The translations under genes were made by a program, and so were the position numbers. The notes below the pieces were generated by a model, which was not told where the DNA came from, did no database searches, and worked only from the letters and a program-made list of their open reading frames with translations. DNA of 64,000 nt from the NCBI GenBank assembly GCA_963664815.2, contig CAXXHB010000003.1, forward strand, positions 3,488,001 to 3,552,000, read 5' to 3'. The number at the start of each line of letters is the position of its first letter. The first letter of the stretch is position 1. This DNA is from Spirochaetota bacterium (lineage in GTDB: Bacteria; Spirochaetota; UBA4802; UBA5550). Positions 1 to 9,876 of this stretch are shown here, one piece after another.

Positions 1-549
1 CAACGTTCCGAATTCCGGAAAGGGGGAGGCATCTTTTATTGTGGAAACTGCCGCTTCGTCGAGTATCTCATGCCCGGAGCTCTTTTTTATCTGTGAAGAT
101 TTAAGCCTCCCTTTGCGGTCGATTACAAAAGATACGATAATCTCACCCTCCAGTCCTCTTTTTCTTGCATTGGGGGGATATTCTTTTTTCCTTTCAATCA
201 GCTGTTTTACGGCTTCATTATATGTAAGGACGCTCATCCGGGCAGAGCCCTCAGATGAACCGCTCTGTTCAAGTGAACCATCATCAGACACTGTATCATA
301 CACGGAACTCTCCCCCTTTTTCAGCATTTTATAATTACCAACGGTAAAATCATAAAATTCATCGGCGGAAACTTCGAATTCCTCCGTCAGCTCTGCCGGA
401 TAACTGACTGCTGTGGCCGGATTTGTGAATATTACAGCTGAGACACCGGCGGCAATAATGTGAAAAACAAAAGACAGCATCAGATAAATTTTGAACCGGT
501 CTTTTCTGTTATCTGATAAATACCGCACCGCCGGCTGCGTCAGGTTCAT
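1..549 (-). CDS. tonB: Energy transducer TonB family protein (3' end runs off window)
   Basis: Not in ORF track; hand translation from ATG at 549 gives an N-terminal TM segment (IYLMLSFVFHIIAAGVSAVIF) and a TonB C-terminal domain YPPNARKRGLEGEIIVSFVIDRKG...SSGHEILDEAA...ASPFP. Confidence 0.85.
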   Translation of the reverse strand, partial: MNLTQPAVRYLSDNRKDRFKIYLMLSFVFHIIAAGVSAVIFTNPATAVSYPAELTEEFEVSADEFYDFTVGNYKMLKKGESSVYDTVSDDGSLEQSGSSEGSARMSVLTYNEAVKQLIERKKEYPPNARKRGLEGEIIVSFVIDRKGRLKSSQIKKSSGHEILDEAAVSTIKDASPFPEFGTL

Positions 550-579
550 CGTTTTTATCGTCTCCTTTACTGCCCGGTT

Positions 580-1506
580 CTACAATGAGCTTTTAATAAT
601 GTCGTGTATCCTGTCGGAACTGAGATCATCCATCGCATAGTATTTTCCTCCGAGAACCTCCGACAGCTCTGCAAGTCTGCCAAGCCTGATAAGGCCGCTT
701 TCAGTATCTATTATAACCGAAAGAATCCCAAGTCCCCTGATTTCGGAGCACAACTCCTTCGCCTCATCAAATGGGTTCCCGTTTCCGATACTTACATTTC
801 CCCTGCCGTCCGATATTATCACCATAACAGGCTTAATTTTACTGTTTTTCAGTTTCTCTTTTTTAATAACACCGATTCCTGCCGCAAGACCCGCTGAAAA
901 GGGGGTTCTCCCCCCTGTCGGCAGTTGTTCAAGATTTTTCCCTGCTATCTCAATACTGCCGGTTGGCGGCAGCAGTACCAGCGCATCATTTCCTTTGAAT
1001 GCCACCATTGAGACCCTGTCACGTTTCTGATAGGCGTCATTCAGAATTGAGAGTATAGCCCCTTTTGCGCCGGACATTCGCTTTGATGCCCCCATTGAAC
1101 CTGACGAATCGACAACAAATACAATTAATGCGCCCGACTTTTTCTCCCTCACCTTCTCCCTGATATCGGAGTGATTGATCATCAGACTGTCACCATTTCG
1201 CCCTCTCGAAATCTGGTGAGGGGCTGCAGCTCTTATTGTTGCATCAACGGCTATATCCGTGACCTTGCCTGATGATATTCTGCTTGACCTGTATTTACCC
1301 CTTCTGTCGTCCGAGGCTGAATCGGTACTTTTACCTTTTGACGAAACAATCTTTCTCTCAAAAGGCTTCAATATTTTTTTTATGGTAACTGTATCATCAG
1401 CCGCAATTATCTCCTCTCGCGGAATGTTTTCTTCAGGTTTGTTTTCGCTGTTTACATCGCTTTCTGCACTGTTGTCCGGCTCGGGTTGATCATTTCGATT
1501 TTTTTT
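580..1506 (-). CDS. chlD: ChlD/CobT-like chelatase subunit, acidic linker plus VWA domain (reached by -1 frameshift from chlI)
   Basis: [24 protein letters not shown] motif [30 protein letters not shown]. Frame is open from 1506, immediately after a TAA at 1509-1507, and has no ATG in the linker region. Confidence 0.85.
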   Translation of the reverse strand, partial: KKNRNDQPEPDNSAESDVNSENKPEENIPREEIIAADDTVTIKKILKPFERKIVSSKGKSTDSASDDRRGKYRSSRISSGKVTDIAVDATIRAAAPHQISRGRNGDSLMINHSDIREKVREKKSGALIVFVVDSSGSMGASKRMSGAKGAILSILNDAYQKRDRVSMVAFKGNDALVLLPPTGSIEIAGKNLEQLPTGGRTPFSAGLAAGIGVIKKEKLKNSKIKPVMVIISDGRGNVSIGNGNPFDEAKELCSEIRGLGILSVIIDTESGLIRLGRLAELSEVLGGKYYAMDDLSSDRIHDIIKSSL

Positions 1507-2537
1507 TTACTGTTTTCTATCGCATCTGAGAGTTTATTCCGGTCTATCCCCTGTTCTTCAAAGGGTTTTCTCCTCATCCGGTGATTCAGTACAAGTTCAG
1601 CCGCCTCCTGAACATCCTCCGGCGTTACTTCTGTTCTCCCATGGTACGCCGCTATTGTACATGACACTTTAAGGATGAATATATCCGCCCTGTGCCCGTC
1701 CACTGCCATGGTTATAGCCACATCAGCTATTATATCAAGTATACTGTCATTATACTTCACATCAGGTAGCAGCTTTTCAGCAGCTGTAATAGTTTCAGCA
1801 ATCTTCCTTTCCTCTTCATCCCACTTATGTTCAAATTCATGGTGATCCTTTTCATAAGCCATATATCTCTGCATTACCTGCACTCTCTGCGCGGGGTCTG
1901 AAATCCCTTCAACTTCAATGCACATGCCGAACCTGTCTAAAAGCTGCGGGCGCAGTTCACCCTCTTCAGGATTCATTGTTCCCACAAGTATAAATCTTGC
2001 GGGATGGTGAAAGGATACCCCCTCCCTCTCTATGTAGTTTACACCCATTGCGGCGGCGTCAAGCATCACATCTACTATATGGTCATCGAGAAGGTTTATC
2101 TCATCAACGTAAAGTATCCCCCTGTTTACATCCGCCAGTATCCCGGGGTCAAAATGCTTTTCCCCCTTTTTAATGGCTTTTTCCATATCTATTGAACCGA
2201 TTACCCTGTCTTCAGTAGCTCCAAGGGGAAGCTCGACAACCCGTACCTTCCTTTCTACAGCGGGAAGTTTCTCCCCCGCTTCATACCTTGCGAAGCATGA
2301 ATGGCACATTTCATTTACTTTTTCTGCACTGCAGTTAAAGGGGCAGTCCTTTACAACATCAATAACCGGGAGGAGATTGGCAAGGGCTCTTGCCGCTGTC
2401 GATTTTGCGGTTCCTTTCTCCCCCCGGATCAGGACCCCCCCCAGGTTCGGATTAACGGCGTTAAGTATAAGAGCCTTCTTCATCTTTTCCTGGCCCACAA
2501 TTGCGGTAAAAGGAAAAACTGATTTTCTGCATGTCAT
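1452..2537 (-). CDS. chlI: Mg/Co chelatase AAA+ subunit ChlI (N-terminal part of frameshifted chlD)
   Basis: [10 protein letters not shown], Walker [42 protein letters not shown]. Confidence 0.95.
   Translation of the reverse strand: MTCRKSVFPFTAIVGQEKMKKALILNAVNPNLGGVLIRGEKGTAKSTAARALANLLPVIDVVKDCPFNCSAEKVNEMCHSCFARYEAGEKLPAVERKVRVVELPLGATEDRVIGSIDMEKAIKKGEKHFDPGILADVNRGILYVDEINLLDDHIVDVMLDAAAMGVNYIEREGVSFHHPARFILVGTMNPEEGELRPQLLDRFGMCIEVEGISDPAQRVQVMQRYMAYEKDHHEFEHKWDEEERKIAETITAAEKLLPDVKYNDSILDIIADVAITMAVDGHRADIFILKVSCTIAAYHGRTEVTPEDVQEAAELVLNHRMRRKPFEEQGIDRNKLSDAIENSKKKIEMINPSRTTVQKAM
1499..1508 (-). other. Putative -1 frameshift / transcriptional slippage site (A10)
   Basis: mRNA AGT AAA AAA AAA ATC; the -1 frame reads AAT CGA AAT GAT CAA CCC... 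into the VWA ORF without a stop. Confidence 0.8.
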
Positions 2538-2557
2538 ATATTTTATCTCCTTGTTAA

Positions 2558-2678
2558 AAATGCCCTCACCCGCGCATTGCTGACGCCATGCTCCCGGTCG
2601 AACGCTTATTCGGCCTCCTGCCTGCGTTCGGCACTAAAACATCCTGTTTGTCGTCTCCCGTTTTACGGCGGGCGAGGG
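2558..2678. repeat. REP-like GC-rich intergenic palindromic element (CCCTCACCC...GGGCGAGGG type)
   Basis: CCCTCACCCGC (2563-2573) pairs with GCGGGCGAGGG (2668-2678); first 16 nt match 46555-46570 at 15/16. Confidence 0.6.
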
Positions 2679-2715
2679 TTTCTGAATCAGAAAATTTCGG
2701 TGAGGAGTGTATTAT

Positions 2716-5700
2716 CTATTTTCTTACCTTCTCCATCATCTTACCCCATGAAGCCACATCATCCGGTGTCATAATATCAACGCTGCCCCCCTGAAAGTCT
2801 CCCTCAACGTCACCTATATTGTCCTCAATCCATCCCTCTATTGACAGATACTGCTGTTTGAGATTATTCAGCACCTCAGGATCGGCATTCCACAGGCCTC
2901 TTTCATTTGCCTCAAGAAGTCTTCTCCCCATCTCTTCAAGAGCCCAGGGATTGTTTTCTTCAAAAAACTTCCTGTTTTCATCATTCATTACAAATGTACG
3001 CGTTATATCATCAAAGACCGAATCATCCACCTCGCGGGTTGTAGCCTGCCATCCGTAAATTCTGCCCACCCTTTTGCTTATCTCCCCTGCGCCCTTGTAG
3101 CCGTGCTCCTTCATACCCTCTATCCATGCAGGATTAAGTATCTTTCCCCGTGCCACGCGCCGTATTTCATCAGAAAGGGTTCTGACGCTCACCCTCCCCG
3201 GTTCCCTTGTATCTCCGTAATAGTTCTGTATATCGTTTCCCGACACCACCTTCGACGCATTAATCAGGCCTCCATGAGCGCCGAAATAACAGCAGCATCC
3301 CGTGAGGTCATATTCATCTGTCATAGTCTTGTTGAATGTTGCGTCCACCGTTTTAAGGCTGCTTTTCAGAGTGTCATGCGCCTCAATGCCGAAGCTTCCT
3401 TTACCGTAAGCATACCCGTTCCAGTATATGAATACATCCGAAAGGTCGCTTTCTGTTTTCCATGCTGAAGCGTATACCGCAAGCTGTGTTCCCGCCTGGT
3501 AAGTGCCGGGCATACTCGCGAAGATTCTGTATGTACCGTTCCGGAACTTCTCTTCTTCCGTGAGGGATTTATCTGCCGCACTTACAGATTCAAGGCAGTG
3601 TTTTCTCACAAAATTCAGTTCAACAGATTCATCAAGTGCTGCTATACGCTGTACAGCCTCATCAAGAAGGTTAATCGCCGAGGGGAAGTTATCTCTTGTT
3701 ATTCCGGAAACCCGTACGGTGAGGTCAATGCGGGGCCTGTCAAGCTCAGCGAGAGGTATAACCTCAAAGCCCGTGACTCTGCCGTTTTTCCCCCACACGG
3801 GCCGGGCCCCCATAAGGTAAAGCATCTGAGCCATCCCCTCTCCGTCAGCCCACATGATGTCATTGCACTGCCAGTAGAAGGCTATATTCTCCGGATATCT
3901 CCCTTCATCGGCAAGATACCTGTCCACTGTTTTATCCGCAAGCATCCGTCCGACCTCCCACGCGGCCTGCGTCGGTATGCGGTGCGGATCAAGGGCGTAA
4001 AAATTTCTTCCGGTAGGGAGTATATCAGGCCTTCCGCGTGTAATGAGTCCTGACGGTCCCGGTTCTATGTATCTGCCGTTGAAACCGTTAAGAAGAGAGC
4101 CGATCTCATCCGATGCCTCAATATCGCATTTTATTTTATTAATACTTTCCTGAACAGTCTGTGCATCAACCCTGTCTTTTTTTTCCATTTTAAAGTGCAG
4201 TGACAGTGTATGGGCAAGATCAATCCCATGCAGGATATACATCCTGCATAGCTGGAGCATTATTTCATCGCACTTTTCAAAAAGCAATTCCTCACTGTAA
4301 TCGCCATTTATCTTCAGCAGCCGCAGTGTTATTCCGCGCAGACTATCCGGATCATCGCTGAATCTCACAATAGAATATATAAAATCCGCAAGTTTCTCCC
4401 CTTCAGGGATATTCCCGAAAATATGCATACCTTTAGGTATGGATGTATTTTTCAGAAGTGACAGTTTTTCGTGTATTTCATCGGTTTTTTTATCAATTCC
4501 TCCATGGGGAATATTTTCACCGTCAAGGAGATTCAGGCTGTTTACATTCTTCTCAATCATGTGCGCGATTGTATGAGCCTTACCCGGTTCTGTGTCTTTA
4601 TAACGGCTGTACTCTTCAAGGAGCCTTTCAAGCTGTTCAAGGTCTCCATAAAGCTCTCCATGCATCATTACAGTCTGCATATGGTCAACAAGCACGGCAT
4701 TGCTTCTCCTTTTCGCGATTATCCCTTCCGGGGGATTGTCCGCATTGTAGATATAAAGATGCGGAACCGTGTCTATGCATATATCAGGCATACATCCCGA
4801 TGAAAGGCCGGTGCCTTTACCGGGGAGAAATTCAAGATTGCCGTGAGTTCCCACATGCACAATTACGTCTGCACCGTAAACCCCTGAAAGCCACTTATAT
4901 GTGGCGATATACTGGTGCGGAGGGGGGACATCAGGATCATGGAGTATTTTGCACACCTGCCCGTCACAGCGCGCCCCCGCGCATCCGCGCTTCGGCTGTA
5001 CGCATACAACGGCGTTTCCATAGTCCACCCCTGTGACAAGTATTCTGTCCTGATACAGCATCGCGGCAGGTATACCATCCTTCTCCTCACCCGGCGGATT
5101 GCCCCATGCATCGATGAGTCTCTCCTGAGTTAATACCGGAATTTCATTAAACCACTCCATGTATTCTTCCTTCTCAACCTGAGCAAGAACCCCCCCTTTC
5201 TTTACTATCTCATCAGAAGTAGTCCACCTGAACTCCGATATTGCCTTGCGCTCCATAATTGTTTCGATAAGCTCTTTACCATCTGCCGGAGGCGTCAGGG
5301 AGTACCCCGCCTCTTTCATGCTATGCATTACCCTGGCTATACTTTCGAGAGTGTCAAGATGAGCGCCCCCTCCTACAGTGGCTTCAACTGATGCACACGG
5401 ATTATTGTTAAGGATAAATGCCACTTTTTTTTCACTGTTGGACTTTTTGCCGAGGGATATCCATCGTCCGATTCTTGCTGTCAGTTTCTCAATTCTGTCA
5501 GTAACAGCCTCGAAGGCCTCCTCATCGGGATTCCCCGCGCTTTTTGTCGCCCCGACTATAAGAGGCTCAATAACCCCTTCAAACTCAGGCATTGCAATGC
5601 TCCATGAAATCTGCGAACCAAGGCCCTGGGGATCATTAAGCCACTCCTCACGGCTTTTGTAATAGGAAATAACCGGATTAAAAAGAGGAATCCCCAGCCT

Positions 5701-6534
5701 CTTCATGAGTGATGCTCCGGTGACTGACTGTGAGGCTTCGATTCCCCCCCTGCCGCTCTCAAGAAAGAAGGAATTCAGTTTAACAATTCCGTCAACCGCA
5801 GCTACTCCCATTTTTGTCATGAAAAACTCAATTGCTTCGGCGCCGCTCATGTTTCCGAGATTTTTATCCTTAAGGGAATAGTAAAAAACAGGAATAACTC
5901 CAATTCCCCGTTTTTCAAACGACTCCACAAGCGCCCGCTCAACCTCAAGTTTTCCTGCCACCCAGTTTGTCCGTGAATACATAATTCCCACATAAAATGC
6001 AGGAACGAAATCAAGATATCTTTTATATGCATCAAGATAATTATCCGTATTATCAAAAGTCATTTCCATGGATGGATGGTATATCCCTTCCCATGAGACC
6101 TCTTCCGGAGGGCTGAAATCAACAGTACTGCCGAACATAACGCTCTGCAGATAATTCAGCATATTTATAAAATTCTCCCTGCCATTGAAGAGGATGTACC
6201 TGTACACATCGGCAACAATCTCCGGCCTTACAGTGGATAATGCCCAGAAGGAGGGATCACTCCCCACAACTATTACAGGAATTCTCCCTTTGAGATCTTT
6301 CAGTTCAATGTCAATATCATCCCAGAATGAATCATTAGCCCTGTAGAGCAGTATGATATCAGCGGACTGCAGTGCCGAACTCACTTTATTTATCGACTCC
6401 GGATATGTATTTAACTGTTTGTTTGAAAAAGCGTTGAGTTCAATTCCCAGTGAACATGCCGCGTCCTTCAGTACCGGGATATAGCTCGACCACATTACAG
6501 CAACGATTTTCATCTTCATTCTCCTGTTATTCAC
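2716..6534 (-). CDS. cobN: Cobaltochelatase large subunit CobN (CobN/BchH family)
   Basis: MPEFEGVIEP, VQPKRGC, HVGTHGNLEFLPGK, NPPEGIIAKRR, LPTGRNFY, RVSGITRD, NPAWIEGMKEHGYKGA; true start may be 6519 or 6513. Confidence 0.95.
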   Translation of the reverse strand: MNNRRMKMKIVAVMWSSYIPVLKDAACSLGIELNAFSNKQLNTYPESINKVSSALQSADIILLYRANDSFWDDIDIELKDLKGRIPVIVVGSDPSFWALSTVRPEIVADVYRYILFNGRENFINMLNYLQSVMFGSTVDFSPPEEVSWEGIYHPSMEMTFDNTDNYLDAYKRYLDFVPAFYVGIMYSRTNWVAGKLEVERALVESFEKRGIGVIPVFYYSLKDKNLGNMSGAEAIEFFMTKMGVAAVDGIVKLNSFFLESGRGGIEASQSVTGASLMKRLGIPLFNPVISYYKSREEWLNDPQGLGSQISWSIAMPEFEGVIEPLIVGATKSAGNPDEEAFEAVTDRIEKLTARIGRWISLGKKSNSEKKVAFILNNNPCASVEATVGGGAHLDTLESIARVMHSMKEAGYSLTPPADGKELIETIMERKAISEFRWTTSDEIVKKGGVLAQVEKEEYMEWFNEIPVLTQERLIDAWGNPPGEEKDGIPAAMLYQDRILVTGVDYGNAVVCVQPKRGCAGARCDGQVCKILHDPDVPPPHQYIATYKWLSGVYGADVIVHVGTHGNLEFLPGKGTGLSSGCMPDICIDTVPHLYIYNADNPPEGIIAKRRSNAVLVDHMQTVMMHGELYGDLEQLERLLEEYSRYKDTEPGKAHTIAHMIEKNVNSLNLLDGENIPHGGIDKKTDEIHEKLSLLKNTSIPKGMHIFGNIPEGEKLADFIYSIVRFSDDPDSLRGITLRLLKINGDYSEELLFEKCDEIMLQLCRMYILHGIDLAHTLSLHFKMEKKDRVDAQTVQESINKIKCDIEASDEIGSLLNGFNGRYIEPGPSGLITRGRPDILPTGRNFYALDPHRIPTQAAWEVGRMLADKTVDRYLADEGRYPENIAFYWQCNDIMWADGEGMAQMLYLMGARPVWGKNGRVTGFEVIPLAELDRPRIDLTVRVSGITRDNFPSAINLLDEAVQRIAALDESVELNFVRKHCLESVSAADKSLTEEEKFRNGTYRIFASMPGTYQAGTQLAVYASAWKTESDLSDVFIYWNGYAYGKGSFGIEAHDTLKSSLKTVDATFNKTMTDEYDLTGCCCYFGAHGGLINASKVVSGNDIQNYYGDTREPGRVSVRTLSDEIRRVARGKILNPAWIEGMKEHGYKGAGEISKRVGRIYGWQATTREVDDSVFDDITRTFVMNDENRKFFEENNPWALEEMGRRLLEANERGLWNADPEVLNNLKQQYLSIEGWIEDNIGDVEGDFQGGSVDIMTPDDVASWGKMMEKVRK

Positions 6535-7273
6535 TGTAGTCTTTAATAAGTTTTGAGCCGCAGACCAGAAAAACAGCCGTGTATATAATAATAACCGATG
6601 TGGAGATCAATGCATCTGAATCAAAATTCTGTTTTCTGATGAGAATATTTGTATGAGTCAGGGGGAGCAGATAAATAAAATATTTCAGGAACCTGGACAT
6701 ATTCTCAACAGGGAAAAATGTACCGCTGAAAAAAGCCATGGGCATTATAAAAAAATTCGTATATGTTGAAGTGTCCTCGTGTGTTTTTGTTATCATTCCT
6801 ATGACTACGCCTATGGCAGCGAAAAGAAACGAGTTTAAAATAAGGGCGATAGTAAATGTCAGTGTTATATGAAAATCCGCGGCGAAGATAATACCCACTA
6901 TAATTATAAAAAGTGAAGCAAAAAGTCCCCTGACCATTCCTGCCATTATCTCCCCTGCAAGTATGGAGTATGATGTAATCGGCGCCTGTATAAATATCTG
7001 AAAGTTTTTAAAATAAAGCCTGTTAAGGTTCAGTGAACTTGCAACCCAGTTGTAGGAATTGTTCATTGAACTCATTGCCGCAAGCCCGGGAACAAGGAAA
7101 CTCAGATAATCAGTACCCTTTATACTGACACTCCCTCTCAATCCGAAGCCGAAAGCAATAAGGTAGACAACCGGCATCATCATTGCTGAAAAGACATATC
7201 CCATTTTCATTATCTTTTTTCTGAAAATAAGCATCTGCCTTAAAAAAACAGGGTACCATCCGTAAATCATCAT
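6527..7273 (-). CDS. ABC-2 type transporter permease
   Basis: About six TM segments, YLSFLVPGL, PMAFFSGTFFPV, LLPLTH. Confidence 0.9.
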   Translation of the reverse strand: MMIYGWYPVFLRQMLIFRKKIMKMGYVFSAMMMPVVYLIAFGFGLRGSVSIKGTDYLSFLVPGLAAMSSMNNSYNWVASSLNLNRLYFKNFQIFIQAPITSYSILAGEIMAGMVRGLFASLFIIIVGIIFAADFHITLTFTIALILNSFLFAAIGVVIGMITKTHEDTSTYTNFFIMPMAFFSGTFFPVENMSRFLKYFIYLLPLTHTNILIRKQNFDSDALISTSVIIIYTAVFLVCGSKLIKDYSE

Positions 7274-8103
7274 TCTATTCTCTCCCCCGTAAGTTTTATA
7301 AATACATCCTCAAGATTGGACTTCCTTATTGATACTCCGTTGTTTCTTTTACGGGCTGTTTTGTATGCATCCTCCCTTGTTGACTTTATCTCGGTCACAA
7401 GCTTCCCCTGATCGCCTGTGTATTCAACAACATACTCCCCGACAGATGAACGAAGACCGGCAGGTGAATCCAGAGCTATACGGCTCCCTTTTGAAAGTAT
7501 TGCAACAGTATCACAAAGAGCTTCTGCCTCTTCAATATAGTGGGTTGTGAGTATAACTGTACGCCCTTCATACCTGGTCTTTCTGATTATATCCCACACC
7601 TCCCTTCTTATCTGAGGATCAAGACCGATGGAGGGTTCATCAAGAAAAAGAATTGATGGTTCAGGAAGGAGAGCCCTTGCAATAAGAAGCCTTCTCTGCA
7701 TACCCCCTGAAAAGCCTGTGATTACATGATCCTTCCTGTCATAGAGGTCGACCATCCTGAGAGATCTTGCAACTTTACTTTTCAGATCCCTTACTTTATG
7801 AAGCATGCCGTAAATATACAGATTCTGATAAGCCGTAAGATCACGGTCAAGATTGTTTACCTGGGGGACTATTCCGACAAGTGGCTTGACGCTTTCCGGA
7901 TTTTCAGCAACGTCAAAACCATTTATTATACATCTCCCCGAATCAGGTTTGGTAAGAGCGGTGAACATTTTTATGGTAGTGGTCTTCCCGGCGCCATTGG
8001 GACCAAGCAGCCCGAAAATCCCGCCATCACTTATTTTAAAAGAGAGATTTTTCACAGCCTCGACCCTGCCGTAAGATTTTGAAACATCAGCGGCTTCTAA
8101 CAT
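7270..8103 (-). CDS. ABC-2 type transporter ATP-binding protein (NodI/DrrA-like)
   Basis: GPNGAGKTT, FSGGMQRR, LFLDEPSIGLDP, TTHYIEEAE. Confidence 0.92.
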   Translation of the reverse strand: MLEAADVSKSYGRVEAVKNLSFKISDGGIFGLLGPNGAGKTTTIKMFTALTKPDSGRCIINGFDVAENPESVKPLVGIVPQVNNLDRDLTAYQNLYIYGMLHKVRDLKSKVARSLRMVDLYDRKDHVITGFSGGMQRRLLIARALLPEPSILFLDEPSIGLDPQIRREVWDIIRKTRYEGRTVILTTHYIEEAEALCDTVAILSKGSRIALDSPAGLRSSVGEYVVEYTGDQGKLVTEIKSTREDAYKTARKRNNGVSIRKSNLEDVFIKLTGERIE

Positions 8104-8875
8104 TTTTTACTCCCGGATGAACTACTTTGATCCCTTTCCAGTTAAACACCGAAACAGAATTTCCGTACATCTCTTTCAGATTTTTATTATTTAATACATC
8201 ATGCGGCCTGCCGGATGAAAGTACAGTTCCGCAGTGAAGCATAACAACCTTGTCGGAATATATCATTGCCAGATTGGGATCATGCACTGTCATCAAAAGA
8301 GTGAGTTTTTTTGATTTAACTGTTTCATAAACCCTGTCCAGAACCATAACCTGGTTTTTAAGATCAAGGTGTGATGTCGGTTCATCAAGAACCATTACGG
8401 GAGCATCCTGAGCTATACCGCGGGCGATAAGTACAAGCTGCCTTTCTCCCCCGCTGATCTTCGTGTATGGTCTTTCTGCAAGGTGCCCTATGCCCATCAT
8501 CTCTATTGCATCGGAGGTTTTCTCGCGATCCTCCCGTGAAGGGGATGAGAACACCCCGATATGCGGAGCCCTTCCCATGAGAACAGCATCAAAAACCGTA
8601 TACGGAAACGGGGGTTCATGATCCTGCGGGACTACGGATATAATCCCGGCCCTTATCCTGTGAGGCATTTCTGTAATATCCTTTCCGCAGTATCCTATTG
8701 ATCCTGACAGCGGTTTCCACAAGCCGGTTATGCAGTTGAAGAGGGTTGTTTTGCCTGAACCATTGGGACCCAGGATAACTGTAATTTCTCCTTTATGAGC
8801 TTTCAGTGAAACTCCGTGCAGTACATTTCCCGAATCAGTATTATGACTGTAATAAATATCCCTTATTTCCATCAT
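8087..8875 (-). CDS. Iron-chelate/cobalamin ABC importer ATP-binding protein
   Basis: GPNGSGKTT, ISGGERQLVLIAR, LDEPTSHLD, HDPNLA. Confidence 0.92.
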   Translation of the reverse strand: MMEIRDIYYSHNTDSGNVLHGVSLKAHKGEITVILGPNGSGKTTLFNCITGLWKPLSGSIGYCGKDITEMPHRIRAGIISVVPQDHEPPFPYTVFDAVLMGRAPHIGVFSSPSREDREKTSDAIEMMGIGHLAERPYTKISGGERQLVLIARGIAQDAPVMVLDEPTSHLDLKNQVMVLDRVYETVKSKKLTLLMTVHDPNLAMIYSDKVVMLHCGTVLSSGRPHDVLNNKNLKEMYGNSVSVFNWKGIKVVHPGVKNVRSR

Positions 8876-9876
8876 TCACCCCAGGTTTCCGATCCGCTTC
8901 GTTTCATTAAATAGATAAAGAAGGGAGCGCCTATAATTGCAGTGATAATGCCGACAGGTATATCCAGTTCTGTCATGCTTCTGGCGATTGTATCGGATAT
9001 GATCATAAATGTAGCTCCCCCCGCCATACTGAGCGGAACCAAACTCCTGTGATCAGGCCCCGAAAACATTCTTATAAGATGGGGTACCATCAGCCCGACC
9101 CATCCGATAATTCCGCTTACCGAGACTGCTATACTTACCATAAGTGTTGATGCCGCAATAAAGATTATCCTTTCAACGGCAACATTGAATCCCAGGTTCT
9201 TTGCCTCATTCTCCCCCATACTCATTACATTGAGCCGCCACCTCATGAGGTAAACCGGTATAAAACCGGCGATAATCCCTGAAGCGGCAATCTTCACCAT
9301 CTTCCAGTCTGCAAGCGCGAAACTCCCCATAAGCCAGTACACAATGTTCTGCAGTTTATGCGGATCAACTGTAAACTTCACAATTGAAACAAGAGCGGAG
9401 AAGAATGCCGAAACAATGACACCCGAGAGTATAAGATGAAGCCTTGAAATCTCCCCCCGCGACCTTGCTGCTGCAAGGGCAATAAACACAGCGCTTACAG
9501 CGAAAACAAACGCCATCGGCTGTACCGGTATTCCGGGGAAGAAACCTATTGAAAGGGAGCAGCCCAGAGCAGCCCCTGCGGATATACCGAGGATAAAGGG
9601 ATCAACAAGAGGATTTCTGAATATACCCTGCAGTGTCACGCCGGAAACAGAGAGAGCCCCCCCTGCCAGCGAGGCAAGTATTACCCGGGGGAGCCGTATA
9701 TCAAAGAGTACAGATTTTTCCGGAATGTCGCTGAATTTCCCCGATACAAAAACCGCGTCGCAAATGCTGCGCAGAATAAATAAAGGTGAAATTCCATATG
9801 AGCCGATAAACAGCGCCGTTGATCCTGCTATCACAGGGGACAGGTATATTAAAACTCTCCCCGGACTAGTTTTCAA
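8872..9876 (-). CDS. FecCD/BtuC family ABC permease
   Basis: DIRLPRV, QGIFRNPLVDPFILGISAGA, GIIGWVGLMVPH, IPVGIITAIIGAPFF. Confidence 0.95.
   Translation of the reverse strand: MKTSPGRVLIYLSPVIAGSTALFIGSYGISPLFILRSICDAVFVSGKFSDIPEKSVLFDIRLPRVILASLAGGALSVSGVTLQGIFRNPLVDPFILGISAGAALGCSLSIGFFPGIPVQPMAFVFAVSAVFIALAAARSRGEISRLHLILSGVIVSAFFSALVSIVKFTVDPHKLQNIVYWLMGSFALADWKMVKIAASGIIAGFIPVYLMRWRLNVMSMGENEAKNLGFNVAVERIIFIAASTLMVSIAVSVSGIIGWVGLMVPHLIRMFSGPDHRSLVPLSMAGGATFMIISDTIARSMTELDIPVGIITAIIGAPFFIYLMKRSGSETWGE

Noticed and set aside
580-2537. chlI/chlD as evidence of photosynthesis
   Set aside because: The partner is CobN-like, and no bch/chl or reaction-centre genes are in the window.
2577-6056. 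Numerous antisense or nested ORFs within cobN (and similar shadows across the window)
   Set aside because: They are shadow frames of well-supported genes, with no motifs or RBS.
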